NCBI GenBank assembly: GCA_026770705.1 | Contig: JANJGN010000012.1 | Location: forward strand, 101,432,001-101,496,000 | Reading direction: 5' to 3' | Length of the DNA stretch: 64,000 nucleotides | Source: Isurus oxyrinchus | Lineage: Eukaryota | Shown here: positions 62,145-64,000 of the stretch, one piece after another | How the letters are laid out: each line of letters starts with the position of its first letter | Numbering within the stretch: the first letter of the stretch is position 1 | Position numbers and translations under genes: made by a program | Notes under the pieces: generated by a model | What the model was told of the DNA's origin: nothing | The model's input: the letters and a program-made list of their open reading frames with translations, nothing else | Databases searched by the model: none

Positions 62145-64000
62145 TGGTTTTACAGCATGCAAAGAGGCCCTTCAGCCCATCGTGTCCATGCCAGTAATCA
62201 AGCCCCTATCTACTCTAATCACATTTTCCAGCACTTTTAAAATGCCTTTGGATTTTCCTTTATTTTATATGCCAATGTTTTCTCATGCCTCTTCCTCGCT
62301 CTCCTAATTTCTTTTTTATGTACTCCCCCAACACCCCCCTGCCCAACCCCGCACTTTCTATACTCCTCCACAGAGCTCCTGCTGTTTTGAGCCCTTGGTA
62401 TCTGCCATAAGCTTCCCTCTTTCTCTTTATCCAATCCTGTACATTCCTCGAGATCCAGGGTTCTCTTCACTAGTTGGTTCCATCCTTCATCTTTGTGGAA
62501 ACATGTTGGCCCTGCACTCTCACTATTTCCTTTTTGAATGACTTCCACTGCTCTGATGTAGATTTTCTGACAAGCAGCTGCTCCCAGTCCACTTTGGCCA
62601 GATCCTGTCTTATCCGATTAAAATCAGCCTTCCCCAATTCAGAACCTTTATTTCTGGTCCATCTTTATCTTTTTCCATAACTACCTTAAATATTACTGAG
62701 TTATGGTCACTATTACTGAAACGCTCCCACCCCCCCACCGACCACACTGATGCTTCTACCAATTCCCCAGCTTCGTTCTCTAAAATTAGGTCCAGCACCA
62801 TCCCTCTCTTGTAGGACTTCCTACATGCTGGCTTAAAAATCTCTCCTGGATACATTTTAAGAATTCTGCCCCCTCCAAGCCTTTCATACTTTGCCTACCC
62901 CATTTAATATTGGGGAAGTTGAAATCCCTTACTATTATTACTCTATTATTTTTACACTTCTCTGAAATTTGCCTGCATACCTGCCTTTCTATCTCTTCCT
63001 CACTGTTTGGGGGCCTATAGTACACTCCCAGCAATGTGATTGCCCCCTTTTTGTTTTTAAGTTCTACCCATATGGCTTCATTTGAGGAACCATCCAAGAT
63101 ATCATCCCTCCTTATTGCAGTAATTGACTCCTTCATCAATATTGTGATACCACTCCTCTTTTACACCCCCCTCACCCCCGGTCTTGCCTGAAGATTCTAT
63201 ACCCTTGAATATTGAGCTGCCAATCCTGCTCTTCCCTGAACCATGACTCCATGATAGCAATGATTTCATATCCTGTTTTGTTAATCAACACCCTTAACTT
63301 GGCTACCTTACTCGCATGACTACTTGCATTAAAATAAATGCCATCCAGCTTTGCCATGCTTCCTTATGCCTTAACTTGACTTTATGCTCTGCCTTCCAGA
63401 CTGACTTGTTTTTTCTTCTATACTTGTCTGTGCATCACCCCTACTATACCTCCACTCTGTATCCCATTCCACTGCCAAATTAGTTTAACCCCCATCAACA
63501 GCACTAGCAACTCCCCCTGCAAGGATATTGGTTCCTTTCTGGTTCACGTGCAACCCGCCAGACTTGTACAGGTCCCACCTTCCCAAGAAATGGACCCAGT
63601 GATCCAGGAATCTAAAGACCTCCCTCCTACACCAGCTCTTCAGCCACGCACACATTTGCTCTATCCGCCTGTTCCTCCACTCACTAGCACGTGGCACCAG
63701 GAGTAATCCAGAGATTACAACTTTTGAGGTCTGCTTTTTAATCTGCTACCTAGCTAAATTCCCTAAATTCCTGTTGCAGGACCTCATCCCTCTTTCTAAC
63801 TATGTTGTTGGTACCAATGTGAACCACAATCTCTGACTGTCTGCCCTCCCCCTTCAGAATGCCCTGCAACCATCCAATGACACCCTTGGCCCTAGCCCCA
63901 GGGAGGCAACACACCATTGTGGTGTCATGTCTGCGGCCGCAGAAACTCCTGTCTGTACCCCTCACTATTGAGTTGCCTACCACTATTACTTTTCCTCTCT
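62145..64000 (-). mobile_element. CR1 LINE with internal RT deletion, continues beyond window
   Basis: ORF1 esterase (CCLPGAR, HIGTN, GLHVN), ORF2 GVYYRPP, SDHN; 3' UTR fused at ~62236. Confidence 0.9.

Noticed and set aside
1-64000. Prokaryotic-style genes, operons, CRISPR arrays or defence systems in the ORF track
   Set aside because: The sequence is vertebrate-type repeat-rich DNA; the ORFs are TE fragments or antisense shadows, and no repeat-spacer array is present.

Overview
Eukaryotic, repeat-dominated DNA. The repeat families look like those of a cartilaginous fish (shark); this is inferred from the CR1, Penelope and tRNA-SINE types, not verified. Most of the window is nested mobile elements: CR1 LINEs with esterase ORF1, a CR1-group (Zenon-like) LINE and its partner SINE, Gypsy LTR elements (one with Gmr1-type integrase-before-RT order), PIF/Harbinger transposons and their MITEs, a pogo remnant, and Penelope-like elements carrying minimal hammerhead ribozymes. 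No intact host protein-coding gene was found. Two things stand out. (1) A very young 2.6-kb head-to-head Penelope double insertion (16102-18740) forms a ~1.2-kb-arm near-perfect palindrome, with a 14-bp TSD and a non-canonical (CUGUCGA) hammerhead at each end. (2) The unique islands between repeats contain colinear + strand GT-AG exon relics whose broken translations resemble a GREB1-family protein (PQxIGKT Walker-A-like motif plus at least two TAGT-glycosyltransferase-like repeats). This looks like an unannotated unitary pseudogene spanning almost the whole window. Family assignments come from motif recognition by eye; no searches were run.
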